Assembly (NCBI GenBank): GCA_964016885.1
Contig: OZ024743.1
Span: 353,276,001-353,340,000, forward strand
Direction: 5' to 3'
Length of the DNA: 64,000 nucleotides
Source of the DNA: Eledone cirrhosa
Lineage: Eukaryota
Part shown: positions 22,919-37,039 of the stretch, piece after piece
How the letters are laid out: every line of letters starts with the position of its first letter
Numbering within the stretch: the first letter of the stretch is position 1
The notes under the pieces: model-generated
The model's input: the letters and a program-made list of their open reading frames with translations, nothing else
Told to the model about the DNA's origin: nothing
Databases searched by the model: none
Translations under genes and position numbers: made by a program

Positions 22919-25900
22919 CTGCAACAGACATACAACGCAATTATAAAAAGAAACATGAAATCTATCATCAAATTATGCAGAGAAAACTGATTAAGTACTT
23001 GATAGTTAGTGCAACCCAAAAGAAAATTGAAAGTCCAGTGAGTGGACGGATATTAGCCTTATGCTGTATATGTCTTTCAGTATGATACATCGAAGTCAGT
23101 AATTAGTTTATTGATTGGCAATAATTCATATAAAGTTATGAATTTACAACCCACATCAACATGTACTATCAGAGAATTCTTTCCATAACTTCCTTTTTAT
23201 GCACCAACATTACTGGTGTATTCCAAAATTATCTCAAGGAATTAATCAATTGAAAGATCTCTCTCTCTCTCTCAGATTTGTTGTATAAGAATCTCCAGCT
23301 TGTCATGATTGTTGTTTAATAAAAGTATTTAAAATCAGCATTTAAAACTAACAAAAATTCATCACTTATACAGTACCTCTACTGATTATGGAAGCTAACT
23401 GTATCTCCCACCCCATCACTGTACCTATTAACAAGAAGTTGAAGAGAACCTTTGTTATACAATCCTTTGAACCATGTATCAGTACTTTAAAAGTGGTTTA
23501 ACTAACTGAAATTCCCAGCAGCTAAGGATTAAAGTAAAGTCAATCTTTAGAGTTAAAGATAGGTAAATCCTTAACCAACTTAAAACTAGCTATTTCTCAG
23601 TTTCTTCAGTGTGAAATGGATGAGAAACAAATCTACAATTGGAGATGACTAATCTATTATGGGTAACTTTCCCAGAAAATCTGATATGTATTCCCAATGA
23701 TGATGTGAGCTAAAATATATCAAATGGTGTTTATTTGTGACACAGCAAAGAAACTCACTCAAAAACATTTGTCTTACAATGTAAGCACTAAAACGATCTT
23801 TTTCATCGTCTGACCAACTATAACAAAGAGAAACTGAATTAACACTTTTAATACCAAAGTACCTGAAATCAATCCTGGATCGATGGTACAAAGCTGTTTA
23901 TTTTCAAGTGCTTATATCATAATTTTAAGCTTGTATTTCATTAGAAATATGGTATAAAGGGGTTAATGAAAAAACAAACCAAATTTTAAAAAAATAATAA
24001 AAATTACTTGAAAACAAATATAAATATTTTTCCATTAATCTAATTTTTTCTGAAACAGTAAGGGTACAAAGCTGTTTATTTTAAAGTGCTTATATTTATC
24101 TAAAAACCTTCCATCATAATTTTATGTAAGAACCTTCAAGTTATGCTCCAAAGTTATTTTAGTAAATCCTTCCAAATTTTTGATTATTTCTGAATTGGTT
24201 TTGCCCAAAAAATCTGTCCAGCGATTCTTTCTTGAGTTATTTTAACTGTAATATCAGAGCTATGATCTCTCAATTCGGAGAAGTAGCAGCTCTACCTGGA
24301 GCGATTCTCTGATCTCTGAGCTACACACTATCAGACCCTTCAGTGGAACCCCCCTTTTAGTTACTTGTATTTGCAATCATACCATTTTTAGTTGACTCAC
24401 TATCCTTATATCTGTATTAGGCAGACTCTTCATGATCGCTTAACTTACTAGAAACAGCAGCTAAAGCTTCTTAATTGCACCTAACCATGTTTTTTTTAAA
24501 TTAGATAATGTCGTCCTAGATACACTGAATTAATGACAAGATGTTTATGGCTAAAATAGCTTTGATCACGGTTCTGACATGCAACAAAACAAGTAACAAT
24601 GTATATTGATATGTATGCCTAACACCTTAATGCCTAAAAGTTTTCACATTCTCTATAAAAGTTAAAATTGGAAGATCAAGGCAGATATTGAAAACTGATC
24701 TCAGGAGGCTGAACCTGACCATGGAGTTGACAATCGACCGGAATAATTGACGAGACACTGCGCTGGAGAAGACTTTATCAACATATGTTAGCATTGGAGG
24801 CAGTTGTAAAGGTGACTCTAATTTAGACTATTCATAATGTCAAACATGTATGCCCCCCCCCCAAAGTTATCTCCCTTGTTACCTATTTAACAGAGTTATA
24901 GGCCTTGATATTGTTACACTGTAAAGTGGTTGGTGATATGAAGGATATACATCCAGTTGTAGAAACCACAGAATGTATGTAAGCGACCTGTGCACCTCCA
25001 ATCCCCACCCCACCCATCTGGAAGGACAGTAAATCCAATTAAGTACTGACTTGGTCTATGGCCACCCATCCCAGCATGGAAAAACAGAGATTAAATGGAT
25101 GATAATGATAGTGTTCATGATAATTTTGCCACAGGACATGGACCCAGATTATGTAATACTATCCGGTGTGCAATAGTCTATCCCACAATGTAATACTGCT
25201 TCTACATCTGGGACAATGCTGCAACTACACTTACAGAAGACATCCTTTTATTTTTATTTTCTATTTTATTTTTGTTTTTACTGTTCAGTCAGACGAAGTA
25301 GCATAGTCACATGACTCTTTTCAGGGTCCGCAATACTGATGGGAGAGTTATCCTCAAACCAGAGACCAGGTCAGAATACTTTCAACAGAGTAAACTCAAC
25401 TAAAGGTACCTAATTGCTAATTGATTGTGTTAAATGGACCAATGGCCCAAGTAGGTCACAGCTAGATTTGAACTCCAAGAACAAAAACAGCAAAGCATCT
25501 CATCCAACACACAAGTAATTCCACCAATCTACCATCCAGGACTGGTAGTTTACTGAAAAAGAAGGAATACAAATCAACTTTGGCTAGATTTGAACTTGGA
25601 GCACAAAGACCAGCAACAAATACCAGAATAACAAAAAGGCAAGCAGGTCACCCAACTGTTTACAGTGAAGATGTTCAGCAGTACTCCAGTCTCTGGTTCA
25701 CCATGTTGTCTCCTCAATCTGTGTCTTCTACTGTACTACAGTAGCTTCTGTTCCCCACAGCTGGCTGGTCACATACCATTTCCACCCACATCCATACAAC
25801 TCTCTTGTATCTCTTTTTCTCTCATCACCCATAATGTGTCCACCCTCCATGCCACTCCACTCATATCTACAGACTCAGCATTAACTTCTTTACCTACCCA

Positions 25901-26261
25901 ACTCTTCCTTCCCAGAATATCAGTCATCTTGAATTCCCTCCTCCCTGCAGTCATCAGCTTGCTGATCTCAGAGTGCTTGCAAAAGGTATGGCCATAACTT
26001 CACCCTCTTGTAAATCAAACCATTTTTAAGAAAAAGCATGAAAAAATAAATAAAACATCTCATACAAGCTTGCACCTCCAAATGGATATCTTACTTGACT
26101 ACAAGAGGTTTCATAATCACAATATTGCTCAAGAGTTATCTCCCCACTCTCAAGCTATGAGTATTTGTAGTGCTTTACTAACATCACAGCTTAGGTTATG
26201 CTTGAATACTGCTTTTGTTGCAAGTATTGGGCAGGCAAAAAAGAGAATGACAAAAACATAC

Positions 26262-26476
26262 CTCAGTGACCTTCACAAATCCTGATAATTTTAATGAAGA
26301 TATGAGTTGATCTTTGGTCTGTGTGCAGTCTGGAGATGATATTTTAAATATATTAAGTTGAGATGTTGGTTTTAGTACCTGGCACACACTGGTCAACTGA
26401 TCCAGTTCTAATTTAAAGTCTTTTGATAAAAACATACCAAATACAGCAGAGTCAAATTTTGACCCATCATATTCAC
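26262..26476 (-). CDS. CIAPIN1: Anamorsin coding exon 2
   Basis: Acceptor tttctag|GT. Reads EYDGSKFDSAVFG...VLKPTSQL...LISSLKLSGFVKVTE (anamorsin LKP and L.LSGF motifs). Donor GAG|gtatgt; 215 bp, phase 1 to 0. Confidence 0.92.
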
Positions 26477-26764
26477 CTAGAAAGAAAACAATCAAAATGA
26501 TTACAATAGTCATTAAGAGTTTCTTTTATGTACACAAGGACAAAGCCTCCTTAAATCACACCCTACCATGATTACAAATGGAAAGAAAAAAAACAAGTAT
26601 GGTCACATCTAGAACATTAATGATCAAACATTTGCTGAATAATGGCAAAGTTGGAGATAAAGAACACAATTTATTCTTTAGATTTAGCTTCAGATCAATG
26701 CTGACTGAGCAAACCTGTTATCATTCTAACCATAACCATACCACCTTTTATATATTAGCAACTA

Positions 26765-27245
26765 CATTGTAAATGTGGTTGGTGTTAGGAAGGGCATCCA
26801 GTCGTAGAAAACCAGGTCTCCCTTAGCCACCCTCTTCTGTAGCTCCCTTCTACTTCTTCACCCAACGATCATCATCATTAATATAAATCACATGACCATA
26901 CCAGCTCAGTCTTCTCCCCTGCACACTACATCTGATTCCTCTTATACCCACCTTTTTCGCAGGTCATCCATTCTTAGTTGTTCAAACACATCCATCAGAG
27001 CATGCTTGCTTCCTTTCTCTGTAGCATTCACATATCCCTTGCATTAATTGCCCATGTCTCAATACCATGCAATATTGCATTTCACACACAGGCAACATAC
27101 AGCTGGCCTTTCTTTCGTAGAGAGAAACCATTTGTTCTCAACTGTAGCTCCCTGAAATTTTCTCATCTTATTCTTCTCTAGCTATTATACTCTCAGTGCA
27201 GCCTCCTCTCCAACTAATTTGATCACCTAAGTAGCAGAAGCTCAT
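26765..27245 (-). mobile_element. Old RTE LINE fragment
   Basis: FCYLGD, LSWYGH-like and GFSL motifs on the minus strand, heavily disrupted. Confidence 0.75.
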
Positions 27246-27686
27246 ATAGAAAGAAATATTATCTCACTAGATATGGATTTTGTTTGAATATATCTCAGCC
27301 AAAAACCCTTTGCCAGAATTCATAGGCTTTTTTGGGGTGTCAAAAAGGGTGCCATCTCTCATATGAAAAATGCTGGGCTGGTTTTGTCACCTGCAGCACA
27401 TGAAGGGTCAGATGGTTAAAGGTGTTTAGATCAAAGAAGGATGATACACCTGCCTTAGGGTATAAGCAATATTGACAGTGACCTAAAACAGTAATGCTCA
27501 ACTTTTTTCAGAATGTGCTTCACAGTATAAATGGGTAAATAAATAAACAAAAACTAATTCATAAGAAAAACTGCATGCACCACTGAATATAAATTTACTT
27601 TTAATTGCATTATGTAACACAGAAAGTCCAAAAATAGAGAGAGATTTGATCACATTGGTTTGATCTTAATCATGCACAATGTTCAT

Positions 27687-28220
27687 GTCATCATCATCAT
27701 CATCATCACCATTTTACGTCCGTTCTTCCATGCTAGCATGGGTTAGACGGGTTGTCCTGTTGTGGGCAGTGTCTGGTCGGCTGACCATGCCTTGCTCATA
27801 CAGGAACTGATTTTGGCTTGATTTCTACAGCTGGATGCCCTTCCTAACACCAACCTCATTTACAGTGAGTGCTGGGTGCTTTTTCGTGGCGCCTACACGT
27901 CCACTTTACAGTGAGTGCTGGGTGCTTTTTTTCCGTGGCGCCTACACGACCACTTTGCAGTGGGAGGGTGTGGCGGCATATTGTCTATATGCTTCAGCTT
28001 GTACCCTTGGGAGGTCGGGTACTCTGTATTACTGCGTGACGCCAGAGGTCATGGTCGTGTGACATCGTTTTTGAGAGGTGTAATTGGGTAAGGTTGGCTT
28101 TTATCACATCCCAGGTCTTCTTGGGTCTCCCCACTCCGCGGTTTCCATTGACTTCTAGTGCTCTGCACCTTTTTATGCAGCTGTCATCTTTCATACGCAT
28201 CACATGTCCATACCAATGCA
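27687..28220 (-). mobile_element. RTE LINE 3' end (same family as 17108-19170)
   Basis: WYGHVMRMKDDSCIKRC...GRPKKTW plus a near-identical 3' UTR and (CAT)n on the plus strand. Confidence 0.92.
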
Positions 28221-28758
28221 TATGGAATAATTCATAGGTAGCTGTGCAATAGTAAGTTTGACATAAATGTTTGACAAGAGATTTAACTCTGGTTAATACT
28301 GTGTGTTGATCATCATCATCGTTTAACGTCTATCTTCCACACTAACATGGGTTTAGACGATATCTGTAAGTTCTGACGACAAGTGTTCCAGTTGTTTGAA
28401 CAATGGCCCAAGTGGTTGAACATTTGACAGACTAGTGTAACAATAACAGAATTCTCAGGGAGATTCAGCAAGACTGTATGTGACACAGCTGACCCTTTGA
28501 ATTACAGGTACAACTCGCTATTGCCAGCTGAGTTGACAAGAGCAATGTGAAATAAAGTGTCTTGCTCAAAGACAATGCTGGGAATGGATTGCACAACCTT
28601 ACGAACATGAGTTGAGCACCCTGAATACTGTAGCTACTAAGCCATGCCCCGTCACTCAAGGTGCTAAATACCAATTAACAACAACCACAATTAAATTATA
28701 ATAGGAAGGAATAACATAAGAAATTAAATTTTAATTTGGGAGTAAAATGTTAACTTAC

Positions 28759-28918
28759 TTAATTTATTTACATCCAGTGTTAGGACTTTACCAGCGGCAC
28801 CAGTTGTTGTTTTTAGAAGATCAGGTAAACCATCAAAATAGGGGTCCTCTCCTTTGGTTAAAACAACAATTTTCTGCCCACATTCTACAGGAATCATTTC
28901 AGCAAGTATTTCTGCCAT
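28759..28918 (-). CDS. CIAPIN1: Anamorsin (CIAPIN1/DRE2) first coding exon, N-terminal methyltransferase-like domain
   Basis: Acceptor caacag|C ATG. Reads MAEILAEMIPVECGQKIVVLTKGEDPYFDGLPDLLKTTTGAAGKVLTLDVNKL. Donor A|gtaagt (phase 1) matches the next exon. Confidence 0.85.
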
Positions 28919-31619
28919 GCTGTTGATAGAAAGAGCAATCATCATCATCACTGTTTAACATCTATCTTCCACGCTAGCATGGGTTAGACGGGAATTGTCC
29001 CACTCAAGGCAAGATTGGTCAGGTGACCGTGTCTCGCTCATATAGGACTGCATCTGGCAGGTTTTCTATGGCTGGATGCCCTTCCTAACACCAACCACAT
29101 TTACAGTGTGGACTGGGAGCTTTTTACCGTGTTACCTACATGGCCACATTACAGCGTGAACTGTGTGTTTTTCTTTTGTCGTGACACCTACACAACCTCA
29201 TTAGTTTGGACTGGATGTTGTGGTACCAGCTTAGACATTACTCAATTAATATTTTTGTTTTTAACCCATTAGCCAAACGTAGCCACAACAGAAACTGGAC
29301 AGTGGAGGAAATCCAACATGTCCAGATTGCTATGTTGCTCCACACAACAAAACCACTGCATGTCAGAATGTGAAAATTGGTCTGTCCTCAAAGAGATTGA
29401 GGAATGATATGTCAGGGTTGCTGGATCTATGTGGATCACACCAATATCAAACAGCTACCTATGTGCTGTAAAGTCTTTGCAGACAGGGCTGACTTCACTT
29501 ATACGACACAACTGTATTATTTGCTCGAACTAACCACACAAAGAAACTATGAAATGCTTAAAGAGGATATGAACTCAAGCTTGTTTATGATTGTTGAATA
29601 CACATTCCACTAAATGATTTCACCTCTAATACACACAATATATGAGCCTCTATGCGATCACTCGACCTGGGGCTAAACAACATATGAATGCAGAAGCCTC
29701 AAAATGGACAATTGATCTGCTAGAAATCACACCACCCTAAAATAAAAAAAATAAATTGGATGATGTCATTCTGGGTATGAAAAGACAAGCATGTGTGGTT
29801 AAGAAGTTCACTTTTTAACCATGTGGGTTGGGTTTAGTTCCATTGCATGTCAAGTACCTTAAATAAATAAATAATGGTGGTTGCAATCATCACAGCACCA
29901 TGAGCCACTGACAGCCTCTATGTGGTTGCTTGATCAGCTAAAAATAGCAACCAATTATCTCTCAAATTACACACAATCATCTTTAAAAAAGGAAGTACAC
30001 ATTTATATTTATAACATAGTCCTATACCTGATTTTAAAAAAAACAAAACAAGATATTCGTGATAAAATTTCATTGACTATGATCAAAGAAATTCCAGCCA
30101 TGACCAGCCTGCTCAATCAAGACTGACCTGGGGTTAAATATCAACAAGAATGACTACAACACCTTTTTCCTATCTGTTGCTATTAAGTTCATTCAACATA
30201 TTATGTCAAACTTACAGTATCAGAGCCGACATTATCTCTCTGATGTTTCAGACATCCCCTGACAGAGGTTATCAACCTGAAATAAATTTACCCCATTGGA
30301 GTAAATATGCTTTATCAGCATTTATAATTATTTATCAATTAGAATTAGAGACAATCTCTAGTTAAGAAGAAAATCTTAAGTCGGCTTTTTTGTATTTTAT
30401 TATAATAATTTGTTTTCTGTTTACCATTTTGAATTTATGACCTGCATTATATATTTTGTAAGTACAGTGTTCAGAAGAGTATAACTCTTTCAAGAAATGA
30501 CAGACAAAGTAGAAAGAAAATCTCAACATGGCTGAGGACATATGTCAGTCACTCTCTGTCTCTCTCTTTCTTTGTCTGTATTTTCCCTTTGTTGGTTGCT
30601 GTATTATGGTAGGGATGCAAATTCAAATTATTAAACAAAAGCTGCCTTGGAGTAAACAGGACAAAAAAGGTTGGGAACCTATGCATTAAGGTATAGCTCT
30701 GTGGTTAAGTAAGAAGCTTGTTTCGCAATTCCCTTATTTCCTTGTTTGATGCCATTACACAACACCTAGAAGAAGGGCCTTCTGCTGTAGCTTCAAGCAT
30801 TGTGAATGAAATTGGGTTGATAGAAAACAACTATGTAGAAGCTATGGTGGGACAGATAGACTTAACTGTTCTTAAGTAATAGACCTAGTTTAACATCGCC
30901 ACATCAGACAATGTTTGAGGATAAACCTTGTGTCATGTTATCCCTTCCAATCTTGGAGGCCTTACAAAAAGGATCATGAAAGTTGCCTTTCCTCCTTTGA
31001 TTAACTCATTAAAAAAATATTGTTTCTTTTCCTTTTCCCTCAATACTTGTCACAAGAGATCTTAAGAAAGCAAAAAAACCTAAGTGTTGTTGGCATATTT
31101 CAAATATAGAATTATAAATTTTATTTATCCAGCCTGCCCTTAGTCAATCAACCATGACCACCATCACCCTCTTGATTACATTTGAATGCGCTCTTAACTG
31201 CTTATTTCTGAATGAACTGGGAGTGGGGAGTTACATCCCTTGTTATTTGGTCAAACGTACAGTACATGAAGTTGACTACAACAATTCACTCAGAAGTCGC
31301 ATCTTAGCAAATTTTCGATAACCCCACCATTCTGAATTACACACAGACTGGCCATTGAAAATAGTCTGTAAGCAGTTTCTCGACTTGCTTGAAGTAGCAG
31401 TGAAATCTCCGAGATTGCACCCTCTGCGCTTTAAAACAAAAACAAAGGGCACATTGGAAAACGTAAATTCTGATTGTCAACGTTGAAACACCTTTCATTA
31501 TAGGTGTGCTCGTATAAGGGTTTACCTGGTACCAAATAACTTCATACACATAAAGCTAGAGATCTGGAATTCAATTCATGTCATTCTAGATATACTATTA
31601 TATTTTCATATAATTATCT

Positions 31620-33700
31620 CACAGAGGGACCAGCTGTGCAAGTTAATGGTAGTATAGTAAGTAAAGCAATCAAAGATATGAAGACAGGCAAGGCAGCTGG
31701 GCCTTCAGAGATAGTTGCTGAAATGTTGAAAGCATCTGGAATGGTGGGATATACTATGGTCACCCAGATAGTAAACCAAGTAATATAGAATGGGATCATA
31801 CACAATGACTGGCGTAGCAGCATCATCGTCAACTGTTACAAGGGCAAAGGAGACGCCCTAGATAGAGGAAACTATAGAAGTATTAAATTAGTTGACCAGG
31901 TCATGAAGGTCACAGAAAGAGTTTTTACACAACTGATTAGAGACCGAATTTATCTAGATGAAATGCAGTTTGGGTTTGTGCCAAGTGGAAGTACCACGGA
32001 TGCTCTCTTCCTTGTACGGCAACTACAGAAGTACCTAGCTAAAAGTAAACCCCTCTACTTAGCTTTCGTTGACTTGGAGAAAACCTTTTGGCAGAGTCCC
32101 CTGCACCATTATCTCATGGGCTCTTAGAAAACTAGGAGTAGATGAGTGGCTTGTGAGAGCTATACAAGCTTAGCATAAAAGTAGGTGTTCACCAAGGCTC
32201 TGTCCATAGCCTCCTCCTGTTTATTATTGTCCTACAGGCTATAACAGAAGAGTTTAAGTCTGGCTGCCCAAGGGAACTTCTATATACAGATGATCTAACT
32301 CTCATAGCTGAATCTATGGCTGAACTAGAGAAGAAGTTCCAAACATGGAAGCATGGCCTAAAATCAAAAGGCCTTAGAGTTAACTTGTCTAAGACTAAGG
32401 TTCTAGTATGTAGAAAGGAGAATAGGGCACAGATCCTCTCTGGGAAAGGCCATGCTCAGTGTGTAAGAAAAGAGTAGGTAGAAACTCCATTCTATGTCAC
32501 AAATGCAAACTATCATCATCATCACCGTTTTACGTCCGTTCTTCCACGCTAGCATGGGTTAGACGGGTTGTCCTGTTGTGGGCAGTGTCTGGTCGGCTGA
32601 CCATGCCTTGCTCATACAGGAACTGATTTGGCTTGATTTCTACAGCTGCATGCCCTTCCTAACACCAACCTCATTTACAGTGAGTGCTGGGTGCTTTTTC
32701 GTGGCGCCTACACGTCCACTTTACAGTGTGGGCTGGGTGCTTTTTTGCCGTGGCACCTCCACGACCACCTTGCAGTGGGGGGGGGGGGCATATTGTCTAT
32801 ATGGTTCAGCTTGTACCCATGGGAGGTCGGGTACTCTGTATTACTGCATGACGTCAGAGGTCACGGTCGTGTGTCATCGGGGAACATAAAAGATGTAGTG
32901 GGATCACAGGTAAGCTATCAAAGAATGTAGGTTTTATATGTGGCCGATGCTCAGGTGCAGTAAGTAGCAAGGACCCACTGGATGCAACTCCTTCAACTGC
33001 CCAGATGGTTCTATAGAAATAGTAGACACTTTCTGTTACTTGGGTGACAAAATCAGCAGTGGAGGAGGGTGTTCTGAAAGTAGTAGCCAGAGTTAGAACG
33101 GGATGAAAAAGTTCAGAGAGCTAATACCGCTGTTGGCCACAAAGGGGTTTTCTCTAAAAATGAAAGGCAGATTGTATGATGCATATATACGAACGGCAAT
33201 GTTACATGGTAGTGAGACCGGGCATTGTGTGCAGAAGGTTTGCATAGATTAGAAAGAAACAAAGCTTGCATGCTTCCATGGATGTGTAATAGTAATGTAC
33301 GCAAACAACAAAGCATTAACAAATTGAGAGAGAGACTGAGCATAAGAGGTATCAAATGTTGTGTTCAGGAGAGGAGATTGCATTGGTATGACCATGTGAT
33401 GCGTATGAAGGACGACAGCTGTATAAAAAAAGTGCAGAGCGATCAAAATTGATGGAAGCTACGGAGTGGGTAGACCAAGAAAAACCTGGGACGAGGTGAT
33501 AAAAACTAACCTTGCTCACTTACACCTCTCTAAGACAATGTCACTAGATTGAGACACAGTAAAAAGGCTCCCAGTCCACACTGTAAATGTGGTTGGTGTA
33601 CGAGCGAGAATCGGTCACCCGACCAATTTTACCTCAAGTGAGACAAATAAGTCCAACCTAAGCTAGCGTGGAATATGGACCTTAAATGATGATGATGAAT
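31620..33700 (+). mobile_element. Decayed RTE LINE with nested insertion
   Basis: Colinear with 17195-19170 (QFGF, FVDLEK, YTDD, FCYLG, WYDH), with stops and deletions. Confidence 0.92.
32512..32877 (-). mobile_element. Young RTE 3' end nested antisense in an older RTE
   Basis: Near-identical to the reverse complement of 18803-19170. Splits the host CK.CKL|..HKRC segment. Confidence 0.92.
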
Positions 33701-34229
33701 AACAAATCTATGGAATTTTGATATTATATATTTTGAAAACAATACCTTAGCATCAGTATGAGCAGCTGGTTACAGCTGGTTTGAACAGAAAGAGGTGAGA
33801 GAGTTCTGGCCAGAGATGGCTGGTTTAAATGGTAAAGGGTTAAACACTATAAGTAGTTAGTTGCCAATCACTAGTTGTTCGCTCCTAAACAGGCTGCCTT
33901 ACTGAAATAAAGTACTTTTTAAAATCTTTTTTGAAGAAGAAAACGTATATTTGTCTGAATAAGCTCTAATATATTAACTGGTTTACATTTTAATGACTCT
34001 GAAGAGGAATGAAGGAAAATGTTCATTCGGGCAAGATTTGAACAAAGACTTACGATTAAAATAGCATTTTGAGAAGAAAAAAAAAGGTAAACTACGGGTC
34101 CAATATTTATGGCCTTTCAAATAAACATTATTTGAACTAAACTAACCCTGTCTAAGGGAGTTTGAAAACAGCTATAGGTAGAAGCACTTTTTAACTCTAG
34201 CTAATGAAATAAAAATGTTGAGTGGGTAT

Positions 34230-34720
34230 ATAACAATGAAAATTATTGTGTACAGTGTTCAGGTGCACTGCAACTCATCAAAGGTGCATGTATAGTACAT
34301 AGAATAATGTACAAATGTCAGCAAAGTGAACAGTGTATGAGTCATGATATGCACACAGATACATGCATGTGTGTGTATGGAGGGGGGATATCAGGTGTAA
34401 TATTGGCAAATTTATGGAAGCATGGAAGTTTTGAAAGAAGTAGCGTCTTGAAAGCTAACAACTGATGCAGGTAATTTGTGCCATACTTCAGCAATTCTGA
34501 GCATGAAAAAATGTTTCCGAGAGTGATGGGAGGTGTGTTGTTTTCTGACTTTGTAAGCATATCCTCTGGTGTTAGACACATGGAATTGAAAAAGGTGTTC
34601 AGGGTTGTTGTTGGCAAGATGGTTAATCATTTTGTGGGTGTCTACCAAGTTAGTTGCCAGCCGTCAGAGCTTTAATGTATCCATGCTCAGGGAAGCAGGG
34701 CATTCAGAGTATGTTATAAA
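34230..34720 (-). mobile_element. CR1/L2-group LINE 3' end (second copy on the plus strand at ~14780-15045)
   Basis: NTRGY.YK....RKHFF..RI...W.KLP.SVV.....SFK; the 3' UTR is shared with 14850-15045. Confidence 0.75.
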
Positions 34721-35929
34721 CAAAGTTACTTTTTTATGAGAACTCCGGATATTTAATATTATAACTGCTAACCGAGTGAGGACCACTCTGTAAATTAATA
34801 GCGGAACAAATGAAAAAAATTTTTAAAGGATTTCTTAGATTAACAACAAAGGTTTATACTAAATTGGAAAACAAGTGAAAAATGTAATCTGATAAACAGA
34901 TACCAACTGAATTTTAATAGAAAATTATAGTAGTGAAGCATACTGTGTATATAATATTTTTTAGTAGGATAATTTCTCATACCTACACATGTACAATATC
35001 ATACACAAACTTAGTCATTCTCTCATCTATACTTTGGCAAAGTATTGTCATGTGTATGCTTTGCTGAGATCTAATAAGACTGAAACATGTCCTGAGTTAT
35101 CTCCTCAGCTTGCTTAAATATTTTTTTCCCACTCTATACATATTCTGGTTAGATGTATTACATCGCAGCATTAAATAAGCTAATACTCCCTTACTGGTTT
35201 CACGTCATTTGGCTACGGTCATACCTTGATTTAGTTGATATCAACTCCAGTACTTATTTTTTCAAGTCTAGCAATTATTTTATCGATCGCTTTTTGTCAA
35301 CCTGCTAAGTTATGAAAAATAAAAACAGATACGACAGGACACACAACGGGCTTCAACAATATCTGTCAAACAAGTTCCATTCACAAAGCATTAGCAAACA
35401 TGAGGCTACAGTAGAAGACTCGAGCTCCAAAACTATTGTTTTTCATTCAGAAAGGATCTCTACGTAATTGATCTCATACCATATAAACATTTACTCTTCT
35501 ATTAATGAACACACTCTTGAAAAGTATTGGCTGTGTAATAGCTTATTCTCATCTCCTTATAATATATAACCAGCAATTTATCTGTGTCTGTCCGACAGTG
35601 GAAACACGTGCGCGTGTGCGAATGTTTTTTGCGCACACGTAGAGAGAGAGTGAGAGTGAAAGAAAGAGACAGACTACAAGAGGGGGATAGCGGGAGGGAG
35701 AGAGAGTGAATAGACGCTAAAACACGTGCACGCGTGCAAATGTTTTTTGCGCACGCGTAGAGTGAGAGTGAAAGAAAGAGACAGACTACAAGAGGGGGAT
35801 AGCGGGAGAGAGGGGGGGGGGAATTGAGGAGTGCTACAGAAACATATATACATTTCTGTGTGTGTGTAATATATATATATATATACACACACAGAAATAT
35901 ATATACATTTCTGTGTGTGCAATATATAT

Positions 35930-36800
35930 ATATATACTAGCAGAAAACCACCTAGTGGGCGGTTTTCTGCTAGTCTATAGATATAAAACTGAGGATGTCT
36001 GTCTGTGTGTGTGTGAGTTTGATTCCCTAAAACTCGAGAACCACCCAACTGACTATTTTCAAACTTTACACATGTAATATTTATGTTTCAGGGAGTGTTC
36101 TGAGCAAATTTCAAATTTTCAATGCCCTAGGGACCGCATTAGGCGATTTAGCGATCTCTCTCTATAATTCTTAGTCTTTCTATTTTTAGATAGATACATA
36201 CATATAACGTCGCGCCCTTATAATATTTGTCTGTATGTCTGGTTGTCTGCATTACGTCACTTCCCTGAGGATGTCTGTCTGTGTGTGTGTCTGTGAGTTT
36301 GAATCCCTAAAATTCGAGAAGTACCCAACCGATTTTTTTCAAACTTTACATGTGTATTATGTTTCAGGGAGTGTTATGCACATAAAAAATTCAAGTTTTT
36401 CACCTAATGCGAGCTCTAGGAGAAAAACCGCGTTTTTTAAGCTCTTTAGGGGTTTTTTGAGGCGTTATGTCAGACCGATTTCCTTGAAATTGTAACTATG
36501 TATTAGTCAGTCTCTTCTTCATACCGTGAGCAAAGAAAATCCAACTTTTTTTTGGCCTAGGGCTCGCATTAGGTGAAAAACTTCAATTTTTCAGCTTTTT
36601 AGGGCTTTTTGGAGGCTAGCCGATTTTCTCGAAATTTCAAGGCATATTATGCACATAAAAAAAAATTATTTTCTTGATCCCCTAAGACCCGCATTAGGTG
36701 AAAACCTGCATTTTTCCTGCTTCATCAAGGAAAATCTTAAACATTATCCAAACATCAGAGTATTCGGTTTATTTTCTTTACATATTGCCCAGGCATGCAG
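35930..36800 (+). mobile_element. Non-autonomous Helitron-like element with internal duplications
   Basis: TCTATAGATATAAAA start at ~35974 followed by (GTCT)/(GT) tract. A repeated block at 35989-36105 and 36266-36380; CTAG-ended hairpin just upstream. Confidence 0.55.
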
Positions 36801-37039
36801 TTTTTCCACAATTAGGTCTGGTGGCGGACAAATTTATGATACTAATTTTTTTTTTAAATCTCTTATAATATCCGATATGTTGGTTGGTTGGTTGGTTTGT
36901 TCGATGTCAGATATTACGCTTGACAACATATAGAGAGGGTGAAAGAGGGATAGAGAGATAGAGAATCAAAACAAAAAATTAGAGGGGGGTGGGGGCAAAA
37001 AGAAAAGAGGGAGAGATGGATGGACAGACACTACACACC

